Positions 36,798 to 47,600 of a stretch of 64,000 nucleotides of DNA are shown here, in pieces; position 1 is the first letter of the stretch; each line of letters opens with the position of its first letter. The stretch spans positions 9,898 through 73,897 of the forward strand of contig CASFMA010000026.1 in assembly GCA_949295675.1 (NCBI GenBank), given 5' to 3'. The position numbers were made by a program, and so were the translations under genes. Source of the DNA: an uncultured Spirochaetales bacterium. GTDB taxonomy: Bacteria; Spirochaetota; Spirochaetia; Sphaerochaetales; Sphaerochaetaceae. The notes under the pieces were generated by a model. The model searched no databases. It had not been told where the DNA came from and saw only the letters and a program-made list of their open reading frames with translations.

Positions 36798-38018
36798 TTA
36801 TGCTGTTGCTGTCTTGCTGCTGTCTTTCGACATTATCATCCGGTAGAAGATCTTAAGCTCTTCCTTGTCCATCAGGAACGGGACAGGGTAAAGCGGGTTT
36901 GCCTCTTTGTCGGCATATGAAGCGAGCTGGTCTATATCCTCTTCCCTGACCTCAGGAAGAGTTGCAGGTATGCGCAGCTCTTTTTCCAGCTTCCTTATCT
37001 CATCTATGAATGCCTTTGCCTTGTCCTCATCGCTTTTGCCTTTTATCCCGATTGCCTCTGCAAGCACTGCAAGGCGTTTCCAGGCATGGCTGCCGTAGCT
37101 GTCAAGCACGTATGGAAGGATCACTGCATTGGCCAGGCCATGCGGCGTGTTGTACCTGCCTCCAAGGGAATGCGCAACAGCGTGCACGTAGCCTACATAT
37201 GACTTCGTGAATGCGCTTCCTGCAAGGAAAGCCGCCTTGAGCATCGCCCTCCTTGCATCCATGTCATTACCGTCTTTGTATGCCTTCTCGATATTCCCGA
37301 AGATAAGCTTCACAGCCTCGATGGAGTCTGCTCTTGTCTCCTTTGTCGTAGAGCGTCCTATGAATGCCTCTACAGCATGCGTGAGTGCATCGAGTCCTGT
37401 AGCTGCCGTGATCGAAGGCGGAAGCGTCCTTGTCGTCTCTGGATCAAGTACAGCATAGCGCGGTATGAGAGGGAAGCTGTTTATAGGATACTTATGCCTT
37501 GTTTCTGAATCGACGATCACAGAGGCAAGCGTTGTCTCGCTTCCTGTCCCCGCAGTCGTCGGCACCGCGACAAGCAGTGGGATCCGTCTCAGCACCTTCA
37601 GTATGCCTTCCATCTTCGCAAGTGGCTTCCTTGGGTATGCAATCCTCGCTCCTACCGCTTTCGCCGCATCAATTGAAGAGCCGCCGCCGAAGCCTATGAT
37701 TGCCTGGCATCCTGATGCCAGATAGAGCTTCCTGGCCTCCTCGACGTTATCTGTTGTTGGATTCGCGACAGTGCCATCGTAGACTGATGCCTTTATATTG
37801 TTCTCCCTGAGGACATCCTCAAGGGCCTTCGTTATCCCGAAGCCTCTTATTGCCTTGTCTGTTACGATCAGCACATTGTTTATGTTTTTCTTCTTAAAGA
37901 GCTTTGGGAGATCCTCTACGCTGTTCAGTATCGCTGGTTTCCTGTATGGAAGGAACGGTATTGCGATGTGGAAGACTTCCTGAAAGACCCTGCAGTAGAT
38001 TTTCCTTGCTATGTTCAT
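36798..38018 (-). CDS. Iron-containing alcohol dehydrogenase
   Basis: GFGGGSSIDAAKAV and HAVAHSLGGRYNTPHG. I chose the ATG at 38018 (MNIARKIYCRVFQ). Confidence 0.85.
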   Translation of the reverse strand: MNIARKIYCRVFQEVFHIAIPFLPYRKPAILNSVEDLPKLFKKKNINNVLIVTDKAIRGFGITKALEDVLRENNIKASVYDGTVANPTTDNVEEARKLYLASGCQAIIGFGGGSSIDAAKAVGARIAYPRKPLAKMEGILKVLRRIPLLVAVPTTAGTGSETTLASVIVDSETRHKYPINSFPLIPRYAVLDPETTRTLPPSITAATGLDALTHAVEAFIGRSTTKETRADSIEAVKLIFGNIEKAYKDGNDMDARRAMLKAAFLAGSAFTKSYVGYVHAVAHSLGGRYNTPHGLANAVILPYVLDSYGSHAWKRLAVLAEAIGIKGKSDEDKAKAFIDEIRKLEKELRIPATLPEVREEDIDQLASYADKEANPLYPVPFLMDKEELKIFYRMIMSKDSSKTATA

Positions 38019-38028
38019 GACGTGTAGG

Positions 38029-38057
38029 AAATTAACAGAATTGGCATAAAGTGTCAA
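38029..38057 (-). promoter_or_regulatory. Candidate promoter for the Fe-ADH gene, implying a near-leaderless transcript
   Basis: The minus strand reads TTGACA(38057-52)-N17-TAATTT(38034-29). The -10 element ends 10 nt before the ATG at 38018. Confidence 0.35.
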
Positions 38058-38134
38058 TAAAAACAAAGGATACAGAATCTGTAAGGATAGTTTCTATATC
38101 TTATGACAATAAATCATTCCTAGATGGAAATAGT

Positions 38135-39217
38135 TTATAATTCTTCAAGCATTGATAGTATATCAGAAGCAGATGGCGGACAGCCGATTGCCGCGTGTTC
38201 TGCGCCCTTGCAGCACAGGCCCGAGCCAAGCTCCATCTTCTTTCCCTTCCAGCCTTGTCCCACAGCGACTTTCCTGCTGCCGAGCTTTCCGATATCTCCT
38301 TCTTCCTCAAGGCGCTTGATTGCATGTATCAAGGCCGCATAGCATGCAGAGCATGCCTCATCCGGAGCTGTGTAGGAAGCAAGATGGGATACGGTCCCTC
38401 TTGGTCTGATATTCCCTGTCGCTGGTTTGTTCAGCTGTATGATATCGATATCTTCAAGGTTTAGGCTGCGGCCTGAGTAACCTGCGGCAATCTGGATGTA
38501 GCCTATGTCTTCGGGGGAGTATCCCATGAGGGAGGCACCAAGCATATCCAGGGCAGCGGGGTCTTCGGAGAGCATCATCCTGTCTGTCTCTACAGGTGTC
38601 CCTCCTTCTTCGAAGTCCAGGTCCCCGCATATGCTGTCAACTATTGTGAGGTCAGGCCTTATAAGCATATTGAGCGCGGCGATTGGCTTCATGAGCCCTT
38701 CCTTATGGAAATCCCTCTTGGATCTGTCTGATATGCAGCCTTTGAGATTCTTCATCGCAGCTGTCATCTTTGTCTGGCAGTGCCCTTTAAGCACTGGCAG
38801 GTTTATCACATAGTCCGCGTTCAGCACAGCTTCAGATATCTCCATGCTGATGCCATCGTATGAGAGGGTGCGGAACCTGTCTTTCTTTATATCAAGGAGC
38901 TTTATGCCATATTCCTCTGCAATCTCCCTGTAGCCGAGCTTCCTGAATCCTTCTTCAGTGGATGCACCGACCCACGAGCTTTCCGCGATTGTTATGTCGT
39001 TCTTGCCGCATGATTGCAGATACCTGATTATGGCCTTGGCAATCCCTGGATGAGTGGTAGCCCCATGCTCAGGCTTTGATGGTGTCACGATATTCGGCTT
39101 GATTATGAAGCTATGCTTGTCTTTTATCCTGCTCTTCAGGTCATAGGCATCAAGAAGCCTCTCTGCCATGGCTTCTTCATCTCTTCCATATATCATGTAG
39201 ATAGCTGCATCGGACAT
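38135..39217 (-). CDS. DUF362 domain protein
   Basis: N-terminal region FIIKPNIVTPSKPEHGATTHPGI resembles the DUF362 family. The C-terminal region is Cys-rich. Confidence 0.55.
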   Translation of the reverse strand: MSDAAIYMIYGRDEEAMAERLLDAYDLKSRIKDKHSFIIKPNIVTPSKPEHGATTHPGIAKAIIRYLQSCGKNDITIAESSWVGASTEEGFRKLGYREIAEEYGIKLLDIKKDRFRTLSYDGISMEISEAVLNADYVINLPVLKGHCQTKMTAAMKNLKGCISDRSKRDFHKEGLMKPIAALNMLIRPDLTIVDSICGDLDFEEGGTPVETDRMMLSEDPAALDMLGASLMGYSPEDIGYIQIAAGYSGRSLNLEDIDIIQLNKPATGNIRPRGTVSHLASYTAPDEACSACYAALIHAIKRLEEEGDIGKLGSRKVAVGQGWKGKKMELGSGLCCKGAEHAAIGCPPSASDILSMLEEL

Positions 39218-39254
39218 GGATAAAGAGTATCCATTTTGCAGTATATTTGGAATA

Positions 39255-39280
39255 GGAAAAGGGCTGCGATGAGCAGCCCC
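39255..39280 (-). terminator. Intrinsic terminator after efp
   Basis: The minus strand reads GGGCTGC-TCATC-GCAGCCC followed by TTTTCCTATT, starting 6 nt after the efp stop. Confidence 0.7.
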
Positions 39281-39285
39281 ATTGA

Positions 39286-39849
39286 TCAGCTGTTTACTCT
39301 TTCGAGATATTCCTTGGTCTCTGTATTGACCCTGATCTTCTCGCCCTGCTTTATGAAGATAGGCACGCGTACGCGAAGTCCTGTCTCTGTCGTTACATAC
39401 TTTGTAGCGCCCTGGACTGTATCGCCCTTGACAGCTTCCTCTGCCTCTGCGACTGTGAACACGATCTTCGAAGGGATGATGATGTCAAGGACCTGGTCTT
39501 CCCAGAACGTTGCCCTGTATGTCTCTCCTTCCTTCATGAAGTACTCATAGTCCGTGAATGACTTCATCGGCACATCGATCTGGTCGAATGTGTCTGTGTT
39601 CTGGAAATAGAAATTCTCTCCGTCATTGTAGAGATACTGAAGATCCTTATCCTCGACTGTGATGTCCTCTGCATTGTCCTGGCTCTTCATTGTCTCGGAG
39701 AGGACCTGGCCTGTTGCCGGGCTCTTGAGCTTGAGGCGCACGAATGCTGAACCTTTTCCCGGGTTTACGAACTCACGCTCAATGCAGACAAAAGGCTGAC
39801 CTTTTATAAGAAGCGCTGTTCCCTTGTCGATCTGACCTGCTTTAATCAT
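39286..39849 (-). CDS. efp: Elongation factor P
   Basis: Full-length EF-P similarity. The loop is NPGKGSAFVRLKLK, with the lysine that receives the modification. Confidence 0.95.
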   Translation of the reverse strand: MIKAGQIDKGTALLIKGQPFVCIEREFVNPGKGSAFVRLKLKSPATGQVLSETMKSQDNAEDITVEDKDLQYLYNDGENFYFQNTDTFDQIDVPMKSFTDYEYFMKEGETYRATFWEDQVLDIIIPSKIVFTVAEAEEAVKGDTVQGATKYVTTETGLRVRVPIFIKQGEKIRVNTETKEYLERVNS

Positions 39850-39882
39850 GATAAAATACCTCTATTACTGCTTTTTATATTC

Positions 39883-40872
39883 TTATCTGGATTTACCGCG
39901 GACAAGCATATCAGAAAGGGGGAATAAAAGTAAAGGCTCAATCGAATTAAGCCCCATCTCAGCTGCAAGCAGCCTGTCCAGTCCCATCGCGACTCCTGAT
40001 GACTTCGGTATGGACAGATCAGGGAATGACGGATCTGCTGGAGGGATTGCGTCGCCTGTGCCTTTCCTCTCTGAGATCAGCCTTGCCTCCTCTTCATCGA
40101 AGTATCTTCTTGTCTCTTCCTTGTCTGTCTCCTCATCGTAGCAGTTCGCAATCTCGATGCCGTTTATGTACATCTCCCATCTCTTGCGGCATGGCTTGTC
40201 GCTGCAGGCTTTTGCAAGGCAGCGTATCTGGTCCGGATAGTCTGTTATGTATACAGGCCTGTCCTTAGGGATCGATGGCTCTACATATGTGAGGAATATC
40301 CTGTTGAACACATCGCTCCATGTGTCAGAGCTGTCAGGCGAGAGGCCAAGTCTCTCTGCCTCTTTCCTCATATATGATATATCCTCGCCTTTGGCCATAT
40401 CCACGCCGGCCCATCTCTCCATCGCCTCTGCCATCGTGATCACAAGGCTTTCGTTATCCATCCATTCCTGATGCTCTGCTATCATCGTCTCCCTGATCAT
40501 TTCGGCTGTGAGTCCTATCGAGTCCTTCTCGTCGAAGCCGAGCGTATAGTACTCAAGCATCATGAACTCCGGATTGTGTACATCTCCAAGCTGCTCGGCA
40601 TTCCTGAAGCACGTGCTTATCTGGTAGATCGAAGGGGATCCTGCCGCAAGCAGCCTCTTCATGAAGATCTCCGGAGAGGGGATGAGATAGAGATCCATGT
40701 TGCCTGTGAATTCATTCCTGAACTCTGTCCTGAATGTCTTTATCGTCGGCTCAGGGATCAGATATGGTGAGAGCGACGGCGTATATACCTCAAGGTATCC
40801 TTTCCCGTCGAAGAACTTCCTTATGTTCCTGCATAGTTCTGAGCGTCTTGCCGCTGCTTTGAAGTCAAACAT
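39883..40872 (-). CDS. epmA: EF-P lysine-lysyltransferase EpmA (truncated LysRS paralog, PoxA/GenX)
   Basis: Class II aaRS core without an anticodon-binding domain (CFRNAEQ, GVAMGLDRLL). It is adjacent to efp. Confidence 0.8.
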   Translation of the reverse strand: MFDFKAAARRSELCRNIRKFFDGKGYLEVYTPSLSPYLIPEPTIKTFRTEFRNEFTGNMDLYLIPSPEIFMKRLLAAGSPSIYQISTCFRNAEQLGDVHNPEFMMLEYYTLGFDEKDSIGLTAEMIRETMIAEHQEWMDNESLVITMAEAMERWAGVDMAKGEDISYMRKEAERLGLSPDSSDTWSDVFNRIFLTYVEPSIPKDRPVYITDYPDQIRCLAKACSDKPCRKRWEMYINGIEIANCYDEETDKEETRRYFDEEEARLISERKGTGDAIPPADPSFPDLSIPKSSGVAMGLDRLLAAEMGLNSIEPLLLFPLSDMLVRGKSR

Positions 40873-40935
40873 GCCAAGATTCTAGACTGCTTCATCGGTT
40901 GCAACAAGAGCCAAGGATATATAGTATCGGAATGT

Positions 40936-42246
40936 ATGGCACATTATTCGACCAATGAACCAATCTATGCTCTTGCGACGCCTTGCTCTCCCTCTGCCCT
41001 TGCTGTGATAAGGGCTTCTGGCGATGGTGTCCTTGCATTGCTTGCGCCATGTTTCACAGGCAGGCTTTCAGGGAGGCCAAGCAGCATGGCCGTGCATGGC
41101 TATCTTGTCGATGGGAATGGCAGGCGGATAGATGAGGTTATGGTCATAAAATATGAGGAAGGCCATGGATACACCGGAGAGGAGGCCTTTGAGATAATGT
41201 GCCATGGCTCTCTTCCAGTGATCCGAATGATATCGAGGATGCTTGAGAGCCTTGGCATAAGAGAAGCCGAGCGTGGGGAGTTCACATACAGGGCCTTCAT
41301 GCACGGACGGATGGATCTTACAGAGGCTGAAGCTGTCGAGGAGATAGTCTCCGCGAGGACGGAAAGGGCAGGATCAGAAGCGCTTGCGAGGCTTTCTGGT
41401 GCGATAAAAGCTGAAGCTGATGCAGCAAAGGATGAGATCCTTGATATCCTCGCATCTGTCGAGGTCCAGCTTGATTATGGCGAGGATGATGTCCCGGAAG
41501 AGTGGGTATTCCCTGCAGATAGGGTTGATAACATCATCTCCAGGCTATCAATGATTGCTTCGACATACTCTTCCTCCCGTCTGTACAGCCATGGGGCGTC
41601 GGTGGTTCTGATCGGCCGCACGAATGCTGGCAAGAGCTCGCTCTATAATGCCATACTCAAGGAGAACAGGGCTATTGTCTCTGACGAGGAAGGCACGACA
41701 AGGGATTATATCGAGAGCGATGCCTCGATAGGCGGGATTCCCGTGCGTCTCTTCGATACAGCTGGCATAAGGGATGGCGGAGGCAGTGTCGAGAAGGAAG
41801 GGATCAGGAGATCGATGGATCTCATGAAGAGCGCCGATCTCATAGTCTATGTCCTCGATGGCGATGAAGCTGATGATTATCCTGATGATGGCAATACGCT
41901 CCATGTCCGTTCAAAGCGTGACATAACAGGTCTCGATGAGAGGCTTTCATTCTCGTCATTGACAGGTGAGGGGCTGAGCGATGTCATAGCAGCCATCAAG
42001 GAGAAGCTGATCTCATCTGATGCTGAGCTTTCTTCTGTGCCTCATATAGATTCGGAGAGGCAGCTTGATGCGTTGAATGAAACTGTTGCGGCATTGAAGG
42101 ATGCCGGCAAGGCAGTCCCGATGGGAGAGGATGTCGTTGCCATGTATCTTCAGTCTGCGCTCTCATCTCTTGGTGAGCTGACTGGCGAGGTTACGAATGA
42201 TGATGTGCTTGAACGTCTTTTCTCGTCGTTCTGCCTGGGGAAGTGA
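40936..42246 (+). CDS. mnmE: tRNA modification GTPase MnmE
   Basis: GRTNAGKSSLYNAIL, DTAGIRD and the C-terminal FCLGK. Confidence 0.92.
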   Translation: MAHYSTNEPIYALATPCSPSALAVIRASGDGVLALLAPCFTGRLSGRPSSMAVHGYLVDGNGRRIDEVMVIKYEEGHGYTGEEAFEIMCHGSLPVIRMISRMLESLGIREAERGEFTYRAFMHGRMDLTEAEAVEEIVSARTERAGSEALARLSGAIKAEADAAKDEILDILASVEVQLDYGEDDVPEEWVFPADRVDNIISRLSMIASTYSSSRLYSHGASVVLIGRTNAGKSSLYNAILKENRAIVSDEEGTTRDYIESDASIGGIPVRLFDTAGIRDGGGSVEKEGIRRSMDLMKSADLIVYVLDGDEADDYPDDGNTLHVRSKRDITGLDERLSFSSLTGEGLSDVIAAIKEKLISSDAELSSVPHIDSERQLDALNETVAALKDAGKAVPMGEDVVAMYLQSALSSLGELTGEVTNDDVLERLFSSFCLGK

Positions 42247-42249
42247 GAT

Positions 42250-44040
42250 ATGGATTATGATGCGATAGTGATCGGGGGCGGCCATGCTGGTATAGAGGCC
42301 TGCCTTGCTCTCTCTCGTGAGGGTTTTGAGACTCTTCTGATTACACAGTCGCTTGATGCGATAGGCCGTATGAGCTGCAATCCTTCCATCGGAGGGCTTG
42401 CGAAAGGGAACCTTGTCCGTGAGATAGATGCGCTTGGCGGCGAGATGGCCCATCTTATCGACAGCACTATGATACAGTACAGGATCCTTAACAAGCGCAG
42501 GGGACCGGCGGTTCAGGCACCGCGTGCCCAGGCTGATAAGTTCTCTTACTCGCGCCTTGCAAAGGAGACGCTTGAGAGGCAGGGCCATCTCCATCTCTTC
42601 ATGGATACCGTCACTGACTTCATCGTTGAGAACGGGTCTGTTAGGGGTGTTGTCACCGAGAGGGGGTGGAAGATAAGCTCCTCTGTTGTCGTCCTTACGA
42701 CAGGTACATTCATGGATGGGCGCATATTCATCGGGGAGTATGATGCTCCAGCAGGCAGGCTTGGCGAGAGTGCCGCGATAGGCCTTGGCGATAGCCTGAG
42801 ACGGCTTGGGTTCCATACAGGCAGGATGAAGACAGGCACCCCTGCCCGTGTGCTTCTTTCCTCCCTTGACCTTGATGAGATGGAGATCCAGGAAGGCGAT
42901 GCTGAGGAGCCTTTCTCGTTTGATGATGACACTGTAGACCGGCCTTCGCTCCCGTGCTATGTGACATATACGAATGATGAGACGCACAGGATAATCAGGG
43001 AGAATATCCATCGCTCTCCGCTCTATGGCGGCAAGATCGTTGGAAGAGGCCCGCGCTACTGTCCTTCCATCGAGGATAAGGTGGTGCGCTTCCCAGAGCG
43101 CGGTAGGCATCAGATATTCGTTGAGCCTGAAGGGATAGGCAGCGAGGAGATGTATCTCAATGGACTTTCTTCCTCTCTTCCTGAGGATGTGCAGAGGGCA
43201 TTCATACATTCCATTCCTGGCCTCAGGCGTGCTGAGGTCATGCGCCCTGCATATGCTGTGGAGTATGATTACCTTGATCCTCTGGACCTGTATCCTACCC
43301 TTGAGAGCAAGATAGTGCGATCGCTTTTCATAGCAGGGCAGACAAACGGCACATCCGGATACGAGGAAGCCGCAGCGCAGGGGCTCATGGCCGGGATAAA
43401 CGCAGCTGAACGGCTGAAGGGTGAGGAAGGTGTGGTCCTTTCAAGGACGGAGGCCTATATAGGCGTGCTGATAGATGATCTTGTCACCAAGGGCACAAAG
43501 GAGCCTTACAGGATGTTCACCTCACGCGCTGAGTACAGGCTGTCGCTCAGGCATGATACAGCTGATGAGCGCCTGACTCCAATCGGTGTCAGGATAGGGC
43601 TTGCCTCGAAGGAGAAGGAGGCGAGGTTTGAGAGGAAGAAGAAAGAGATCGAAGAGATCGTCGATATACTCAGGAAGTCCCGTGTTGATGGAAAGAGCGC
43701 CTATGACAGGCTCAAGGAGCCGGGGCAGGATATAAGGCAGCTGGGGCTTGATGCGCTTTCCTCCTATCCGGACAGCGTGCTTTCACGCGTTGAGCTTGAT
43801 ATCAGGTATTCAGGATACCTTCTCAGGCAGGAGAGAGAGGCTGAGAAGACAAGACGTGAAGAGAATATGGCGATTCCCGCCGATTTTGATTATGATAGCA
43901 TTGACGGCATCTCCTCTGAATCGAGGGAGAAGCTGAAGGCAGTGCGTCCGCTGTCCCTTGGGCAGGCAGGGAGGATCTCCGGTGTGCGTGTCTCGGATAT
44001 AGCGGTGCTGGCTGTCGCGATTAGGAGCAGACGTGGATAA
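42250..44040 (+). CDS. mnmG: tRNA uridine 5-carboxymethylaminomethyl modification enzyme MnmG (GidA)
   Basis: FAD-binding N-terminus [15 protein letters not shown] with full-length GidA similarity. Confidence 0.95.
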   Translation: MDYDAIVIGGGHAGIEACLALSREGFETLLITQSLDAIGRMSCNPSIGGLAKGNLVREIDALGGEMAHLIDSTMIQYRILNKRRGPAVQAPRAQADKFSYSRLAKETLERQGHLHLFMDTVTDFIVENGSVRGVVTERGWKISSSVVVLTTGTFMDGRIFIGEYDAPAGRLGESAAIGLGDSLRRLGFHTGRMKTGTPARVLLSSLDLDEMEIQEGDAEEPFSFDDDTVDRPSLPCYVTYTNDETHRIIRENIHRSPLYGGKIVGRGPRYCPSIEDKVVRFPERGRHQIFVEPEGIGSEEMYLNGLSSSLPEDVQRAFIHSIPGLRRAEVMRPAYAVEYDYLDPLDLYPTLESKIVRSLFIAGQTNGTSGYEEAAAQGLMAGINAAERLKGEEGVVLSRTEAYIGVLIDDLVTKGTKEPYRMFTSRAEYRLSLRHDTADERLTPIGVRIGLASKEKEARFERKKKEIEEIVDILRKSRVDGKSAYDRLKEPGQDIRQLGLDALSSYPDSVLSRVELDIRYSGYLLRQEREAEKTRREENMAIPADFDYDSIDGISSESREKLKAVRPLSLGQAGRISGVRVSDIAVLAVAIRSRRG

Positions 44041-44689
44041 AGAACTTCTGGTTTCCGGCCTGGAGAGAATAGGAATACCCTTTGATGATGGAGTATTGAG
44101 CGCTATTGATACCTTCATCAGCGAGATAATGTTGTTCAATCCCGTCTATAAGCTCGTCGGGGACAAGGACCCTGATGAGATATTGATAAGGCATGTGCTG
44201 GACTGTGCTGCGGCATATCCTGTCTTCATGCGTTATACAAAGCCTGGCGATGTTGTCGCGGATCTTGGCTCAGGTGCTGGATTCCCTGGGATCGTGCTTT
44301 CCATCCTGATGCCTGACAGGTCTTTCGTCCTTATCGAAAGGATGCAGAGACGGGTTGGGTTCCTTAATGGTGTGATTGCCCGTACAGGCATAAAGAACGC
44401 CACTGTGTCCGACAAGGACATAAAGGAAGAGAGCAGGGCGTTCAGTACGGTCACTGCAAGGGCCTTCCATCCGCTTTTCGATGTCGCTGAGTCTGTGCTG
44501 CCGCTGCTGCAGCCAGATGGTGTTGGCATATTCTATAAAGGGCAGCGTGCTAATGTGGAATCTGAACTTGAGGTCCTGCGGGGAGAGGGCTACAGGTTCG
44601 ATGCCAGGATAGAGGATGTGAAAGTCCCCTATCTAGATGAGAGAAGGACTATCTGCGTCCTTGAGAATTGGAAAGAAAATGAAGGTTAG
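44033..44689 (+). CDS. rsmG: 16S rRNA (guanine527-N7)-methyltransferase RsmG (GidB)
   Basis: SAM motif [14 protein letters not shown]. The GTG start overlaps the mnmG 3' end. Confidence 0.88.
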   Translation: MDKELLVSGLERIGIPFDDGVLSAIDTFISEIMLFNPVYKLVGDKDPDEILIRHVLDCAAAYPVFMRYTKPGDVVADLGSGAGFPGIVLSILMPDRSFVLIERMQRRVGFLNGVIARTGIKNATVSDKDIKEESRAFSTVTARAFHPLFDVAESVLPLLQPDGVGIFYKGQRANVESELEVLRGEGYRFDARIEDVKVPYLDERRTICVLENWKENEG

Positions 44690-47600
44690 AAGTTACCGGA
44701 TCTCCCTGACACTGTCGCTTGTATTTATCTTGTTCGCTCTTATTTTCGGCGGACTTTGCCTTATGTCGTCCCGGTCCATGATCCTGCCGCCCTTTGATGA
44801 GTACGTTGCAAAGGCCATTGAGACAGTATCGCTGTCATCAGAGCTTTATGGATCGCTGGGATTTTCCGTGGCGCTGGCTGCAGAAGCTGTATTCATGCTT
44901 GCATATAGAAGGAAGAAGAGAGCCAGCATGTACGTCTCCTTCTTCCTCATAGCGTTCATATATCTCACAGTGCTTGTGTATGCGCATCTCATGAATGGGA
45001 TAGACAGCCCCGCCTTGATCATGTCCCATATCTCCGGCGACAAGCCCTGGCTTCTGCTTGTATGCGTGGCCCTTGAGCTTATATTGTTCTTCGCCTTCCC
45101 TGTCATGCTGCGTCCTCTTGACAGGAGAATCTATTCAAGGCATGAGCTGAGGGTCCGCCAGCTGCAGGAGAAGGAAAGTGAGAAGGAAGCTGCTGGCGCA
45201 GAGGGCGATGAGCAAGCTTCTGATGATGAGAAGCAGAGGGCAAAGGATGAGAAAGATGCCCTGAAATATACAAAGGACAAGGAGAGGAAGGAGAAAAAGC
45301 TCCAGAGGAAGGCTGAGAAGGAGGCGCTTAAGGATGAAAGGCGCCAGCAGAAGTTCATGGCTAAGCAGGAAGCTGCGGCAAGGAAAGAGGAGGAGAAGGC
45401 AAGGCGCAAGCTTGCGAAGGAAGATAGCGATATCTCTGATGAGTCTTCTGATGCCTTCACCACAGCAGGTGCTGTGCCGTACAGCCATGCAGTCAATCCT
45501 TCAGAGCCTGTCACGTTCCCTGATATAGCATCGATACCGTCTTTCAGGACCATTGCGCTGTCAAGGCATGAGGATGAGCCTGAGGAGGCAGAGGAGCCGG
45601 CTCCTGCCGAGCAGGAAGCTCCTCATCGTTCCTTTGACACCGACGTGTTCTCCCAGGTGAAGGAAGAGATAGAGAGGAAGGACAGGAAAGAAGAGATGGC
45701 TGCCAAGCGCAGCGATTTCACAAAGCCGATGTCCTTCAATAAGGGAGGAATGCTGGAAGCAACGCTTGAATCGATCTTGTCAACATCATCCGCGCCTCCT
45801 CTGGAACAGGGGCCGATCATCGGGTATGACGATAAGAAGAAGGACAAGGAGAAGCCACATGCCTCCTCAATCGCTCCGTCAGGACTCTCACCGGACCATC
45901 CGCGCTACAAGCTTTTCGAGGCGATCGCATCAAAGCCTAATGTATCCCACTTCCCTTCAAAGGGGTTTGTGCCAGAGGAAAAGGAAGAGGAGGATCTTTC
46001 AGAATACGGCAATGTGTTCGATGAGCCGAAGAAGCCTAGGAAGACCGTTGCTGTGAAGGAGGTTGTACCTGTAGAGCCAAGGAAAGAGAGCGTTCCTGCA
46101 TCTCCTGCCGTCGCTGATGAAAGCGAGGATGATGAGGTGTCTGTATCTGCGATGGATGTTTTTGAGGATGACAAGCCTGTGGAGAAGAAGCCTCAGATGA
46201 TAGATCCATTCTCAACTCCGATAAAGAAGAAGGAGAAGCCACAGCCGAAGAACGATGAGCCATCGCTTCTCCCAGAGGAAGATGAGAGGGAGGACTTCAG
46301 CCAGGAGAATGAGCTGATGCTGTCAGTTGGAATCGGCGGGCTCCAGAGCAATGAGCTTGGCTTTGCCGGGATATCAAAGAGGAGCAAGAAGAGATATACA
46401 GCTCCTTCTGCTGAGTTCCTTGTTGATTATCCTGAGATATCGACAGAGATAGATGATGTCACGCGCATGCAGGGCGAGGAGATAGTCAACACGCTGCTGC
46501 AGTTCCACACGGAAGTTTCATTGGACAATATAGTGAAAGGACCGACTGTCACGATGTTTGAGCTCAAGCTCAAGGAAGGGACTCCTGTAAGCCGTGTCCG
46601 CGCACGCTATGATGAGCTTTCATATAATCTTGGAGGCGTCCAGATAAGGATCCTTGCACCGGTGCCAGGCAAGCAGGCCGTGGGTATAGAGGTGCCAAAC
46701 AGGAAGAGGGCTGTCATAGGCTTCAAGGATATGCTGAAGGCAATGAAGAAAGATCCTGACGCGAAGAAGCTCCGCGTGCCTATGATCCTTGGCCGCACCA
46801 TCACCGGAAAGCCGATGATCATCGATGTCGCGAAGATGCCTCATATGCTGATCGCAGGAACAACAGGATCAGGAAAGTCGGTATGTATAAATGCCTTCAT
46901 ATGCACAGTGCTGTACACGAGGGCACCGCAGGATGTGCGGTTCATCATGGTCGATCCTAAGGTTGTCGAGCTCTCTGTCTATAACGGCATACCTCATCTT
47001 CTCACGCCTGTCATCACTGAGGCGAAGAAGGTCGTGAGGGCATTGGCATGGCTTTGCGATGAGATGGAAAGGCGCTATAAGATGCTTTCGAAGTTCGGCG
47101 TGAGGAACATCGATGGCTTCAATTCGAAGATCCTGAGCGAGAACATCCCTGCCGAGCGTATGCCTTACATAGTCCTCATAATGGATGAGTTCGCTGACCT
47201 CATGACGACTGTCGGAAAGGATATCGAGAACTATGTAGCCCGTCTTGCGGCAAAGGCAAGGGCTGCCGGCATACACCTTGTGCTTGCGACACAGCGCCCA
47301 TCTGCCGATGTCATAACCGGCACGATCAAGAATAACTTCCCCGCGCGTATCGCGTTTGCGGTCTCTTCTGCCACAAACTCAAGGATCATCCTTGATGATG
47401 GCGGCGCTGAGAATCTTCTCGGACGTGGTGATATGCTCTTCATGAACCCTTCCTCGATGGGCTTTGAGAGAATACAGGGAGCATTCCTCTCAGATGATGA
47501 GGTTGATTCGATCGTTTCGTTCGAGCAGCGCAACTCAACACCTGATTATCTTGCTGAGGATATCTTTGAGGAACCTGCCCAGGAGAGCGAAGGCGGCGGT

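Noticed and set aside
42163-43209. 348-aa minus-strand ORF
   Set aside because: It is antisense to mnmE/mnmG, has no recognisable motifs and no RBS. It is a shadow ORF created by codon bias.
45150-45450. Purine-rich, repetitive-looking DNA (a possible tandem repeat)
   Set aside because: It encodes the K/E-rich linker of FtsK. I could find no exact DNA repeat unit, so this is compositional bias rather than a repeat array or CRISPR.
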